Shown: piece after piece, positions 28,071 through 37,215 of the stretch | Position numbering within the stretch: position 1 is the stretch's first letter | Layout: every line of letters begins with the position of its first letter | Virus record (IMG/VR): IMGVR_UViG_3300027976_000042 | Location: 1-59,527 of that record | Reading direction: 5' to 3' (one strand) | DNA: 59,527 nucleotides | Source of the DNA: a virus | Taxonomy: Duplodnaviria; Caudoviricetes | Made by a program: the position numbers and the translations under genes | Notes under the pieces: generated by a model | The model's input: the letters and a program-made list of their open reading frames with translations, nothing else | The model's database searches: none | Told to the model about the DNA's origin: nothing

Positions 28071-28105
28071 GTTCCCATATTATCTGCCTATGCTCGGCCT
28101 GTCAA
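28071..28105 (-). promoter_or_regulatory. Consensus sigma70-like promoter, leaderless spacing
   Basis: TTGACA-N17-TAATAT-N6-ATG. Confidence 0.75.
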
Positions 28106-28674
28106 GGGAGAGATCCGACAGGACAGCCGGCGGAGGATCCGGGAAAAGCCATTTCCACGACGTCTGCCGAGCCGGCAAACGCTGGAATAAGTAAGATCAC
28201 AAGTCCTGAGTCCAAGGAGAAGACGTATCCAGATCCAAGTCCTTCGCCGCCGGCGTCGCTCAAAACCTCGATGTCCAACTTGGACACGAGTGACCCCCCG
28301 GTGATCCCCTTCTCGGATATTTCCTGAATTACCTCCTCTGCTCTATCGGTATTGCTGCCACCTGACGGATCATCTTTCCACTTTTTGAGATCCACTCCGA
28401 CCGCGTCTAGGAAGGAACTTGTCGTCAAAGCTGAATTACTGGACTGGTCTACCATCAAGATTGGCAGTCCACCATTCTCCAAGATCCAGGAGATGTCGGG
28501 ACCTGACATGTCCTTGATGATAGATGCGACCTTGGTGGTCGCCAAGTGCTTCGAGATCATCGTGACTCCGGCCCCGGCAACCAGAATTAAAACCGCCAGG
28601 ATGGACAGTCTTTGCCAGAGACTCACAAGGCTGTAGCTTGCGCTGCGCGACATTGATTCAGTTTTTGATCTCAT
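28102..28674 (-). CDS. Membrane-anchored protein coupled to the holin gene
   Basis: ATGA overlap with the holin stop; N-terminal TM LSILAVLILVAGAGVTMI. Confidence 0.6.
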   Translation of the reverse strand: MRSKTESMSRSASYSLVSLWQRLSILAVLILVAGAGVTMISKHLATTKVASIIKDMSGPDISWILENGGLPILMVDQSSNSALTTSSFLDAVGVDLKKWKDDPSGGSNTDRAEEVIQEISEKGITGGSLVSKLDIEVLSDAGGEGLGSGYVFSLDSGLVILLIPAFAGSADVVEMAFPGSSAGCPVGSLP

Positions 28675-29150
28675 CTGTGTTTGGGCGGTGTGGTTTCTTT
28701 TTCTTGTTCTTCCTCTACGTCTACCCCGAGGAGGACAGATGCCTTTTTCTTCAAAACCTTGATGCTGAAGTCGACCACGGTAGTCCCTCCAAACCCCGCC
28801 ATGGCAGAAATGCCAATGAGCAAGTAGATGTCCTGCCCTGCAAACCGACTCCAAAGAACCAGGGCCACTATGAAGCCCATGATTCCGCTATTCAGAATGG
28901 CGGAAACTATCTGGACCCAGGTGATGCTTTGACCACTCCTCAGAAGCGCCGCAAGGCCTCCGAGCGAGGCGAAAAGAAATATTCCGCAAAAAAAGACCCA
29001 GTGGTCGGTGCTGTAGCCCTGCTCACCGTCCTGGAATCTCCTGTCGTCAGCCTGGGCGAGAGTTGAACTCCCCGGGGTTGATTGATGCAGCCACGGTGAG
29101 GTCTTCCTATCGTCTTCCTCGCGATTTCGAAACTGGTTTTCGTTGTTCAT
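28671..29150 (-). CDS. Putative holin (LydA-like)
   Basis: Three TM segments: LFASLGGLAALL, ILNSGIMGFIVALVL, IGISAMAGFGG; charged C-terminal tail. Confidence 0.65.
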   Translation of the reverse strand: MNNENQFRNREEDDRKTSPWLHQSTPGSSTLAQADDRRFQDGEQGYSTDHWVFFCGIFLFASLGGLAALLRSGQSITWVQIVSAILNSGIMGFIVALVLWSRFAGQDIYLLIGISAMAGFGGTTVVDFSIKVLKKKASVLLGVDVEEEQEKETTPPKHR

Positions 29151-29154
29151 AAGG

Positions 29155-30948
29155 TTACACTTGCCCGCTTAACACCGCCTGCATCCCAGCATCTTGCCCC
29201 ACGCTCCTTGCCAGGCCCCTCTTCTCCTTCATTTTCTGAGTGACCATCGCATGGAGAGCCTCGTTTGTCTGCTTAATCGACCTGAGCCGTCGATTAACCT
29301 CCGCTTGTGGGATGTTGGGGTCAAGTAATTCTCCGGCTATCTGATCGGCTTGCGACACAGACTCCATTGGGTCGACGCCGCCTTGGCCGCTTTGGCCGCC
29401 CTGACTGCCCTGACTGGAATCAACGAGGGAGAGTTGCTCCATTTCGAGCTTCTCCTGAGCCTCCGTTTGTTTCCTTTGCTGGGTCATCTGCTCCTCAATG
29501 ATGAGGTCTTGCTCGAGAGATGGGTCAATCCCCATCGGGCGGAACCCCGTCTCCTGCGAGACCATCTGACCAGACACAGCTTGAAGTCTCCACATTTTGT
29601 TGTCGAGATCGTCAACAATCGTAACTGATTCCATTTCACAGGTGTAGCTCCCGTGCTCCAGATACGACGTTAGAATGTCTGCCCACCATTGCAGAACTTT
29701 GTTATTCCCGTTCACAAGGTTTGACCAGCTCCGTTCGAAAAGCCTGAGCGCGACTGGGGCCGCCTGCAGTGTCATGCTGGCTCTGTAAAACTCCGGAGGA
29801 ACCCCGCGAGCATTTAGAATCCGTCCTTCCTCGTCTTCGACCAAGTCTCGAGTCGAGGCGGACCTTCCCTCCCCGCCTATCGCCTGATAGTCGACTGGGA
29901 AAGGGAGCACGTGCCAGTCAATTCCACTCATCCTGTGCGTTTCTACCGCGGACTGGAAATTAGCAGCAAACTTGGACATGGACGCATTCATAATCGAATT
30001 GCCCTCTGAGTATGAACCTTGCTTTGGACTGACCAGCCTCATGGGCGTGATGTAGTCCAGCATTAGCCTCTCGTCCTGGCGCATCAGGATCTGGAGGCGA
30101 AAGAAATTCCTGAAAGCGCCCAGGATTGGAGGTGACCCCCACCCCCTGGTTGGCAGTCCAGCAAGGGTTGGCTCCTTCAGGTGAAGAACGTATTCAGGCC
30201 TGAGCTTTAATTTCTGATTCCTCCTGATGCAGTCCAGGACCGGCATTGGCAGAGTCTTGAGAAAAAATTGACTGTTGTCCCGGACCTTTCTTTTTGTGTG
30301 CTCTGAGATTGATACCCAGTATTCCGCCTCCTGGGTGATGTCGTTGAATTCGATGTGAACCTTCTTGGGGTCCCACACGACCATCTGGACCTTCTTCGGG
30401 TCTTTGTCGGGACGATCGATTGCTTTGTGCACCGTGGTTTTTTTGCACTTCCTACAGTCGAGGGTGAAGTCTCCCGTCTGAAAGTTAAACGCTGCGGTGC
30501 TGGAAGCTCCCGAAAATGTCGTCTCGGTTTTACACGTTTGGCACGAAAGAGACCGGATGAACGGAAAATGCGGAGATATGACGGCATTGCCGTAGGCCAT
30601 AAAATTCACGTCAACCTGCCTGAGCTTTGAGACAGTCGTCGTGTCTCTTGTCAGGACTTCTTCAAACTCCTTCCTTTTTTTGTCGTCGCCTCCGGATAAC
30701 TTGATGGAAGTCAGGAAATAATCCACAACCCTCTCTGAGCCTTTCTTGTAGGTGGGAAAGTTCTCGTAGAGAAATTCACACATTCGAAATGCCTCTGACA
30801 TGGAATTGGGGACATATTCAGATGCCATGTCTCGCCAGACATCGCCAAACTTACTCCTCGCCAGCCCCGCCATCGGAATTGAGGTTGGGACTGCGATTCC
30901 GCTGGCGGACGCCCACGAATTTGATGCCGGTGCGATAGAATTGTTCAT
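29155..30948 (-). CDS. Putative portal protein with inserted Zn ribbon (597 aa)
   Basis: Portal-like size and patterns (FMAYGNA, VLHLKEP..RGWGSPPI, ILNARGVPPE, C-terminal coiled coil); CQTC..CRKC insert; context next to holin. Confidence 0.55.
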   Translation of the reverse strand: MNNSIAPASNSWASASGIAVPTSIPMAGLARSKFGDVWRDMASEYVPNSMSEAFRMCEFLYENFPTYKKGSERVVDYFLTSIKLSGGDDKKRKEFEEVLTRDTTTVSKLRQVDVNFMAYGNAVISPHFPFIRSLSCQTCKTETTFSGASSTAAFNFQTGDFTLDCRKCKKTTVHKAIDRPDKDPKKVQMVVWDPKKVHIEFNDITQEAEYWVSISEHTKRKVRDNSQFFLKTLPMPVLDCIRRNQKLKLRPEYVLHLKEPTLAGLPTRGWGSPPILGAFRNFFRLQILMRQDERLMLDYITPMRLVSPKQGSYSEGNSIMNASMSKFAANFQSAVETHRMSGIDWHVLPFPVDYQAIGGEGRSASTRDLVEDEEGRILNARGVPPEFYRASMTLQAAPVALRLFERSWSNLVNGNNKVLQWWADILTSYLEHGSYTCEMESVTIVDDLDNKMWRLQAVSGQMVSQETGFRPMGIDPSLEQDLIIEEQMTQQRKQTEAQEKLEMEQLSLVDSSQGSQGGQSGQGGVDPMESVSQADQIAGELLDPNIPQAEVNRRLRSIKQTNEALHAMVTQKMKEKRGLARSVGQDAGMQAVLSGQV

Positions 30949-31142
30949 TAGCTTTTTGCCGTTACCGAATCGCTCAGGCTCAGAATCTCGTTCTCGATCG
31001 AAGTCGATTTACCCGCTTGGCATTTTCCGCACTTAGCCACTCCCGATGACGTCAAGCGGGATTCTCCGCCGCATGACGCGCACGGGGTTCTGTGGGCTTT
31101 TACGTCCCCGGTCTTTTTTGTCACCTTTCGATCCTGAGCCAT
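30948..31142 (-). CDS. Small Zn-ribbon protein (CASC..CGKC)
   Basis: TAATG overlap with the portal start; own promoter. Confidence 0.6.
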   Translation of the reverse strand: MAQDRKVTKKTGDVKAHRTPCASCGGESRLTSSGVAKCGKCQAGKSTSIENEILSLSDSVTAKS

Positions 31143-31176
31143 GCCCGACTCTATCTTGTGATACCGCCCAGGTCAA
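31143..31176 (-). promoter_or_regulatory. sigma70-like promoter, leaderless spacing
   Basis: TTGACC-N17-TAGAGT-N5-ATG. Confidence 0.6.
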
Positions 31177-31261
31177 GCTTCTCCCCGATTCAAGACAGTG
31201 ACCGGTGTCGGCCTCAGGCATTTGTGCTCTCGTGGAGCGTGTGTAGGGGGGGCTTGCCCCG

Positions 31262-31876
31262 TCAAGGCTCTTCCCCTGAGACCTCGATAAAGACCGAGAC
31301 ATCCAACCCCATAATCCGAGATCTCAGTCCGGTGGAGTAAATGTGAATCTTCTCGTTGAGTTCGGTGATCAGGCACTCTTCTCCTTGCGGCATCTCAAAT
31401 GAGAATGGGGATCCCGGCTTTGTGGCGATCAAAAGAGCCCCATTGTCACCTCTCGACATTTCCTCGATTTCCACCCCCTTGAGCTTCAAGTTTCCGTATT
31501 CCAAGTCGATCGTCTTCCGGCTCATTGCCTCACTTCTGGTCTGTTCGTGGTGGCTCACAGGCTGAGCTTTGGCTTTTTGGACCCTAACTTTTTTTTCTTT
31601 GATCGGCTCAACATGCACCTGGATCTCTTTGATGCTTTCAGCTTGGGGGCTTTGATCGGAGACGACAATAAGCCCTCGGTCCACCAGCTCCGGCATTTCC
31701 TCCACTATCAGGAACGGGATTTTCCCTGCTGATTCTGTGAGGTCAACGGGCCTATTGTCCATGTCAACAACGTGAAGCGTTTTATCCGTTCCGCGCCTTC
31801 TCCCCCCGGCCTGGACTTCAGAGGCTCCAAGATTCCTAATTAGGGAATTTTTCTCAATGTCGTTATTTGATGCCAT
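31262..31876 (-). CDS. Hypothetical protein (204 aa)
   Basis: Collinear ORF. Confidence 0.7.
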   Translation of the reverse strand: MASNNDIEKNSLIRNLGASEVQAGGRRRGTDKTLHVVDMDNRPVDLTESAGKIPFLIVEEMPELVDRGLIVVSDQSPQAESIKEIQVHVEPIKEKKVRVQKAKAQPVSHHEQTRSEAMSRKTIDLEYGNLKLKGVEIEEMSRGDNGALLIATKPGSPFSFEMPQGEECLITELNEKIHIYSTGLRSRIMGLDVSVFIEVSGEEP

Positions 31877-31882
31877 AGCCTG

Positions 31883-32521
31883 TCACCCTCCTGTCAGTCC
31901 GGGCTTTGCCGATAGCGAGTCAGAGCCCCCAGGTCTGATTGCCTCCCCCTCCATTGCAACCGGGTCGGACATGATTTCGGTTTTGGCGTCCTGGTCGGTT
32001 ATCTGTGGAGGTGCAAAAGCGTGCCCCCTGGTTTCCGACAGAGCAGCAATAGACGGTGTTCCCGGGATCTCCGAGTTCACTTCTTGGTCAAGCTTGTTCT
32101 CCAGCGCCAGGAAGCTCCCGCCGTCGGAAACCATCTCGAAGATGTCATTTTCCTCTGTCTCGATTTTTTTGATCATCTGCTTGGCGAATCTCTTCGCCGC
32201 ACCTTCGGGTAATGTGGCGACCTTCTCTTCAAACCCGGCCCTTTTTTCCGCAAGGGCCATGAAATGCTCCATAGTTGTGTCTTCGATTACTCCCTGGAAT
32301 CGTTGGCCTGCCTTGAGCATTGCCAGCTTGCTCGAAGCTCTTACAAACTGCTCCGAAATCTTAGTGATGTTCCTGGCCGACTCGACCATCGTTCGGCTAA
32401 TCTCCACGGTGGCTTCTCCCACCTGGGACGAGATGTCAATCATCGCCGTTTCGACCGACTCACTAAGCCTGTCGATCCCCTCCCCTATTCTTGTGTTATT
32501 GTCTTGGTTTTGGTCTTTCAT
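31883..32521 (-). CDS. Helical hypothetical protein (212 aa)
   Basis: ATGA overlap; EKRA/EKVA motifs. Confidence 0.7.
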   Translation of the reverse strand: MKDQNQDNNTRIGEGIDRLSESVETAMIDISSQVGEATVEISRTMVESARNITKISEQFVRASSKLAMLKAGQRFQGVIEDTTMEHFMALAEKRAGFEEKVATLPEGAAKRFAKQMIKKIETEENDIFEMVSDGGSFLALENKLDQEVNSEIPGTPSIAALSETRGHAFAPPQITDQDAKTEIMSDPVAMEGEAIRPGGSDSLSAKPGLTGG

Positions 32522-32910
32522 ACTGAGTAAATTTGTGCAAAAATGTTTAAGTCTTCCCCTATCCCTGCTTGGTCCAATGATCCTATTTGTGACGACCCGG
32601 ATATGTAAAATCCTGATCCCATCATTATCGGGCCATGCAAGAACACGAACCCGCCCTCTCTGATTGGCAACCTGATCTTAGGGATATCCCCCTCAATCGG
32701 ATATCGATCTAAATCGAAAATTTGGATCCATTTCTCGGCGCCACCGTTGGTTACGATTAGACTGCCAAAGCGGCACCCCCTATTGGAAACCTCTACGCAC
32801 AAGACGGGATCTACGGTGAAGAACTGAACCCGGAGGTCCGTAGCCATGAGCCCTATATTGGCCCTCATCTGCTCTCTTATTGGACCTCGCTTCCCGCTCT
32901 CGTCTTGCAT
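32518..32910 (-). CDS. Hypothetical beta-rich protein, possibly virion-associated
   Basis: WIQIFD..P..GDIP...P pattern. Confidence 0.55.
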   Translation of the reverse strand: MQDESGKRGPIREQMRANIGLMATDLRVQFFTVDPVLCVEVSNRGCRFGSLIVTNGGAEKWIQIFDLDRYPIEGDIPKIRLPIREGGFVFLHGPIMMGSGFYISGSSQIGSLDQAGIGEDLNIFAQIYSV

Positions 32911-33006
32911 TCCAATCAATCACCCGTGACTCGACTTGGGTCAAGACGATTCACGGGTTTCTCCGGCTACTGGCGCGAGAGATAAAAAAATGCCACTGAA
33001 GGAATA

Positions 33007-33050
33007 GCCCCCGCCCAACCTTACGGCTGGGGCGGGGGCATATCTTTTTT
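33007..33050. terminator. GC-rich hairpin terminator
   Basis: GCCCCCGCCC..ttac..GGGCGGGGGC with T and A runs nearby. Confidence 0.65.
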
Positions 33051-33065
33051 GGGAGAGATCGAGGC

Positions 33066-33551
33066 CTATGCGGCCTCGTCTCTCTTTGCCTGAGGCTCGA
33101 CCTGAGCCTCTGATGATGTGGTTTCGGTTTCCACCGTCAGCTCCGTCTCCAGAGCCCAGGGTTCTACCGGCCCGACCGCATCTATCGGGGCATCTTCTTT
33201 CTTCGGAGCGACGCCACTGGGCGTCACCTTTGTCGTTTTCGTTGTCGTGGACGTCTCCGTCCTGGTTCTCCTGGCCTTGACCAGTTCGGCGATGGAACGC
33301 CCAAAGACGAATAGGGCCAAGGCCCCGACCAGGATGATGGCCACCGTGGCCGCCGCCTGCGTCTCGTTGCGAGATGTGTTCGCTGCCGCGGCCGAAAGGG
33401 CCGCGAAGGTTGCCGCGTTCTCGGCCCTGATGGCCGACTGCTCCGTCGCGGAGGACAGTGCCTCCAGCCTGTCGATGGGGGAACACGAGGTTCCCAGGAT
33501 CGAGAATGCTACGATGGCCATAAGGCCGGTTGAGACTTTAATTGTATTCAT
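33066..33551 (-). CDS. Putative lipoprotein with an additional TM helix
   Basis: Signal MNTIKVSTGLMAIVAFSILGTS-C; internal TM AAATVAIILVGALALFVFG. Confidence 0.6.
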   Translation of the reverse strand: MNTIKVSTGLMAIVAFSILGTSCSPIDRLEALSSATEQSAIRAENAATFAALSAAAANTSRNETQAAATVAIILVGALALFVFGRSIAELVKARRTRTETSTTTKTTKVTPSGVAPKKEDAPIDAVGPVEPWALETELTVETETTSSEAQVEPQAKRDEAA

Positions 33552-33602
33552 ATTTTTGGGTTCTGGTTCGGGATCGTTGCTGTCAACCGCGACGGCTATG
33601 AT

Positions 33603-33643
33603 CCCTTCAATACATTATGGTAGTTTTAGCCTGTTTTTTCACC
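33603..33643 (-). promoter_or_regulatory. Class A repeated promoter motif, copy 3
   Basis: GGTGAAAAAACAGGCTAAAACTACCATAATGTATTGAAGGG. Confidence 0.7.
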
Positions 33644-33648
33644 CCACC

Positions 33649-35172
33649 TCATGGCAACCATTTTGCGAAGGAGAAGGCCCCATACTTGTCCGCATTCTTG
33701 TCGCTTTCCTTGATCGCTCCGGCTAGATCCTGAATCCTGGATTCTATCCTGCTGCCCGGAGTTGCCGGAGAATACTCCGCAGCCACAGCGAGACTCCCAT
33801 ACCGGTCTCTCTCCATTTTCTTGCTAATCTCTAACTCTGCAAAGCCCAAGGGCTCTATTTGATTCCCTATTTTACACGTCCAGGGACAGCTATAAGCAAC
33901 CGGAATTTCGGAGATCCCGGCCTGTCTTCCGCGCCAAGTCTCACTTCCCTCGTTGCGATTGACTCTACGGTGGAACAAGTTAGGGGCCGAATACTTGTAG
34001 GACGCTTTGTATCTGCCCGTTGGGTCGACAGTCGACAGCTCCATCCAGCAATCGTCACTGAGGTATGCATTTGCGGTTGCCACCCCCCAATCCCAAGAGT
34101 CCCGAAAAAAACCACCCCGTGAAATACTTTCGTCCGGGGTGAGGGACAGAGGGCCTGGCACGTCTCCTAACGGCCAGGGATGGGGTGAGCCGAACTCCCA
34201 GTTGGCCATAGGGTTAAACTCCAGCATCATAAATAGGGCCTTGAGACCCGTGGTAGGGTCATTCAGTTCTATCCGCTTGGCTCCCGCTCCCAGCAACCCA
34301 CTCGCCATTGCCACTGTGGCCGTCGCCCATCTTTTGGCGCCCTTCATCGAGTCAAAATGAAAGGCCGGGGTTATTGAGAAGCTCCGAGTGGGAACTAACG
34401 ACTCTGCCGCTATAACCCTTAGTATTTCTGCCAGCCGTAGCCTGTCTGTGTTCGAAGTAGGATGAATTTTGTGGATGGAAGCCAAGTGTTTACTCGATCG
34501 CTCCACCAGTAACTTGATGATTGAGCCGATGTATTTCCAGGACAGTAAGGCGCTATCTGGGTGCCCGAAGATTGACTTCCTGATCTGTTCTGAAACATAC
34601 TGAGCCTTCATTCCCATCAGATCCCGACAAGCTCCTTGACTGTGGTGTGTCCGAAAGGGAGAGTTATCGGTCCGATAATTCGAAGTTTTGTGGCCAAGAA
34701 TTACCGTCTTGTGGGTCAGCATAGAGTAGATAATTCTCGCAGCCTTGCCCTCGATTTTACCTACCTTCGGGGTGGCGGATACGAGGCAATAGGGGTAAGC
34801 CGCGTGACCACTTAGTGTTTTTCTGACTTGGCAAAAACTCGAATCTTGTGATTCTGCGTTGACGGCCCTGGCCATCGAGGCTCTGAACCACTCCAGAGTG
34901 GGGCAGATCTTTTCGTAAAGAATCGAAAATTCACTCTTCGGGTCTCGGACTAGGATTCTATCCCCGGGCTCCATCAGTTCTCGCTCTTCCTTCGAGGGTG
35001 GAGGCAATCTTGGATCCCTGGTTATGATTTGAGGGCTTGGGTCAAATGACCCCCAGCCGGCGGCATTCGGGAATTTTGTGTAGGCCCTTTGGCCGGATGG
35101 GGAAAGCCAAGAAGTTCTCATCCTCCTTTGCCATCTCTCTGATCGGCTATTTTTTCTCTTCCCGTCCGTCAT
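33649..35172 (-). CDS. Hypothetical protein (507 aa)
   Basis: Long ORF, no motif recognised. Confidence 0.75.
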   Translation of the reverse strand: MTDGKRKNSRSERWQRRMRTSWLSPSGQRAYTKFPNAAGWGSFDPSPQIITRDPRLPPPSKEERELMEPGDRILVRDPKSEFSILYEKICPTLEWFRASMARAVNAESQDSSFCQVRKTLSGHAAYPYCLVSATPKVGKIEGKAARIIYSMLTHKTVILGHKTSNYRTDNSPFRTHHSQGACRDLMGMKAQYVSEQIRKSIFGHPDSALLSWKYIGSIIKLLVERSSKHLASIHKIHPTSNTDRLRLAEILRVIAAESLVPTRSFSITPAFHFDSMKGAKRWATATVAMASGLLGAGAKRIELNDPTTGLKALFMMLEFNPMANWEFGSPHPWPLGDVPGPLSLTPDESISRGGFFRDSWDWGVATANAYLSDDCWMELSTVDPTGRYKASYKYSAPNLFHRRVNRNEGSETWRGRQAGISEIPVAYSCPWTCKIGNQIEPLGFAELEISKKMERDRYGSLAVAAEYSPATPGSRIESRIQDLAGAIKESDKNADKYGAFSFAKWLP

Positions 35173-35509
35173 TCTTGGGTTTCTCGCTTTCGTTCTTGAG
35201 ATTCACGACATTGGGATGCGAGCTACGATCCTGAATTTTGTCGTCATCGTCCATCAGGCCGTTAAAGAACTCCCCGACACGATCGGAAAAATCAAAATTT
35301 CTAGTTCGGACCAGGAGTGCTAACACGGTAAGGCCTAAGACCGGGACAATCACGCTGATGAGAGCAGCGGACACAAACAGGGCTGATAGTAGAATACCGA
35401 AAGCCGTGGCGAAGAGGATGGAAGAGCCGAGTCGATTTTCGTCTTCCTCAAAAAAAAGGGCGACATTGAATGCCGCCTTTCCGATTACCGATAATATTTT
35501 GTTTTTCAT
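35147..35509 (-). CDS. Small membrane protein
   Basis: Hydrophobic stretch of about 38 residues. Confidence 0.6.
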   Translation of the reverse strand: MKNKILSVIGKAAFNVALFFEEDENRLGSSILFATAFGILLSALFVSAALISVIVPVLGLTVLALLVRTRNFDFSDRVGEFFNGLMDDDDKIQDRSSHPNVVNLKNESEKPKNDGREEKK

Positions 35510-35514
35510 TTTTT

Positions 35515-35838
35515 CTAATTGAGAGCCTCCCGCGCTGAGGGGAGGGCTTTTGCTTCAATGCGGCCGGGGCCGCAAGTCTCCGATTCTCTGATCTCCACTA
35601 ATCTCCTTTTCATTAGGGAATTTACGATTCTCTCGTGTTTGCTTTTTCCTCCGTATGAGGATCCGCAGATTGTTTCCCCGACGTTACACCACCCGCCGTT
35701 ATGGAGCAGCTCCGAAAGCAGCTCCTGTTGATTGCCACCAAGTTGCGGCCTGTCAGACGCAAATTCTCGGGTGGCGTTTTCTTCTGGTGGGAATGCCTGC
35801 ATTCTAGTGAAGAAATCAAGTATTCCTGGGTTTGTCAA
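35515..35838 (-). CDS. Hypothetical protein, possibly winged-helix
   Basis: QQELL.EL..IVNSLMKRRLVEI pattern. Confidence 0.45.
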   Translation of the reverse strand: MTNPGILDFFTRMQAFPPEENATREFASDRPQLGGNQQELLSELLHNGGWCNVGETICGSSYGGKSKHERIVNSLMKRRLVEIRESETCGPGRIEAKALPSAREALN

Positions 35839-36364
35839 GAGCTCCTCTTACGGCTTTGACGGTCAAGTCTGGGAGACTGCTCCGAAGCTCTTTTTGTATA
35901 TCGAGGATAGTTAAGGCTGCGGCGTGGCCGGCATTCGCTGCGTTGGACTTGGCTTCCGTCCTCTGTTTTGTGTAGGAGTTCGAGTTTACAGACTTGGCAA
36001 GAGCCGAGATGGCCACTATGACGATGGACCAGCCGTGTGGGATCTGCGCATCTCCAAAATACATGGAAATGGTGTAGATAATGATTTCGAGGATTGGAGC
36101 CAGGACGGCGACGATCGAAAGAAAACTGTCTACTCCCTTAGCTAGGGACCACTCCGACGTGTCGTGGCCGCGGCTGGACTCTGCGCTCTTGACCAAAACC
36201 TCCGCCGCCATTTCTGCGATTTCCAGGATCCTGGGATCAACCCCCACTATAATTTTGGGGGTCTCTCCGGGGGGCCGATCCTCATTCCACCATTGATTGT
36301 CCTCGTCGACTTTGAAAGCCCGAGTGGGTTGGGGCGTCGGCTGGTTTTTGGAGGATTCTACCAT
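35816..36364 (-). CDS. Two-TM membrane protein (holin-like pattern)
   Basis: TSEW..two TMs..SYTKQRT.AK. Confidence 0.55.
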   Translation of the reverse strand: MVESSKNQPTPQPTRAFKVDEDNQWWNEDRPPGETPKIIVGVDPRILEIAEMAAEVLVKSAESSRGHDTSEWSLAKGVDSFLSIVAVLAPILEIIIYTISMYFGDAQIPHGWSIVIVAISALAKSVNSNSYTKQRTEAKSNAANAGHAAALTILDIQKELRSSLPDLTVKAVRGALDKPRNT

Positions 36365-36410
36365 CCCCCTTAATATTTCCTATACCCACAATAGTCAAGA
36401 CAATCTTATC

Positions 36411-37214
36411 TCAGGAAGGGATTGCGTCCCTAATTGACTCGACGCTCATTGCTACGGTCTCATTCAGTCCTCTGCTCGAGATCATGTCGGCAAAGTGAAG
36501 TGAGATCGCAAGAAGTGATTCAGACCCCGCATGATGACTTCTTCTTGCTGAATACCCTCCGTCGTGGATTTCGATTGCCTGGGTCACATCTTCCTCAAAT
36601 AACTCGAGCATCCCCGGGTGCAGGGAATCTACGAGCGCTGCCGATATCCAACCTTCGGATAGCGTGTTCCCCCACCTGTTGACCATAACTGTGGCGAAAT
36701 TGTGGGCCATCCAATCCACCTTTTCGTCTTCGCTTGCACCCTCCGGCAGGTTGTTTGGCGGAGACATGGACAGAAAATTCGGATCCCGCTTAAAAGGTTT
36801 TGCCGTCGATCTCTCTCCCTTTTTGAGGATGTTGGGAATGTAGAGCGGGCGCCCAAACATATCCTGAACCTTGTTGAAATCGTGAAGCATGGATGCCACT
36901 AAGGCGTTTGCTTTGTCCGACCTCGACAAGCCCCTTATGTCGAGCCGAAGGTCTTGCCACCCGACTACAGATGCCATTGTTCTGCACGTCTGAATGAAAA
37001 CCTCCACCGAGTGGACCATCATTCCGCCTGGGTAAGCATGATGTCTTGTCCCGGAGCTTGAGGCCGGCGATTCCATATACCCTCCGATCCTGGCAATCAG
37101 GAATTGGTTGAATTTTTCTGCGGCCTGAGTTGAGACGCCAACACTCACAACATCCGTCGCCCATTCGATGAATTCACTCTCAAAATTTTGCTCAAATAAT
37201 ACTGCGTTTTTCAT
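36411..37214 (-). CDS. HD-domain phosphohydrolase (YhaM-like HD domain)
   Basis: SPAS..HHAYPGGMMVHS.EV, LHDFNK, IHDG, LHFADM. Confidence 0.85.
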   Translation of the reverse strand: MKNAVLFEQNFESEFIEWATDVVSVGVSTQAAEKFNQFLIARIGGYMESPASSSGTRHHAYPGGMMVHSVEVFIQTCRTMASVVGWQDLRLDIRGLSRSDKANALVASMLHDFNKVQDMFGRPLYIPNILKKGERSTAKPFKRDPNFLSMSPPNNLPEGASEDEKVDWMAHNFATVMVNRWGNTLSEGWISAALVDSLHPGMLELFEEDVTQAIEIHDGGYSARRSHHAGSESLLAISLHFADMISSRGLNETVAMSVESIRDAIPS

Positions 37215-37215
37215 G

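Noticed and set aside
36371-36398. sigma70-like promoter (TTGACT..) before 35816..36364
   Set aside because: Good -35 but no convincing -10 at 16-18 nt spacing; left uncalled
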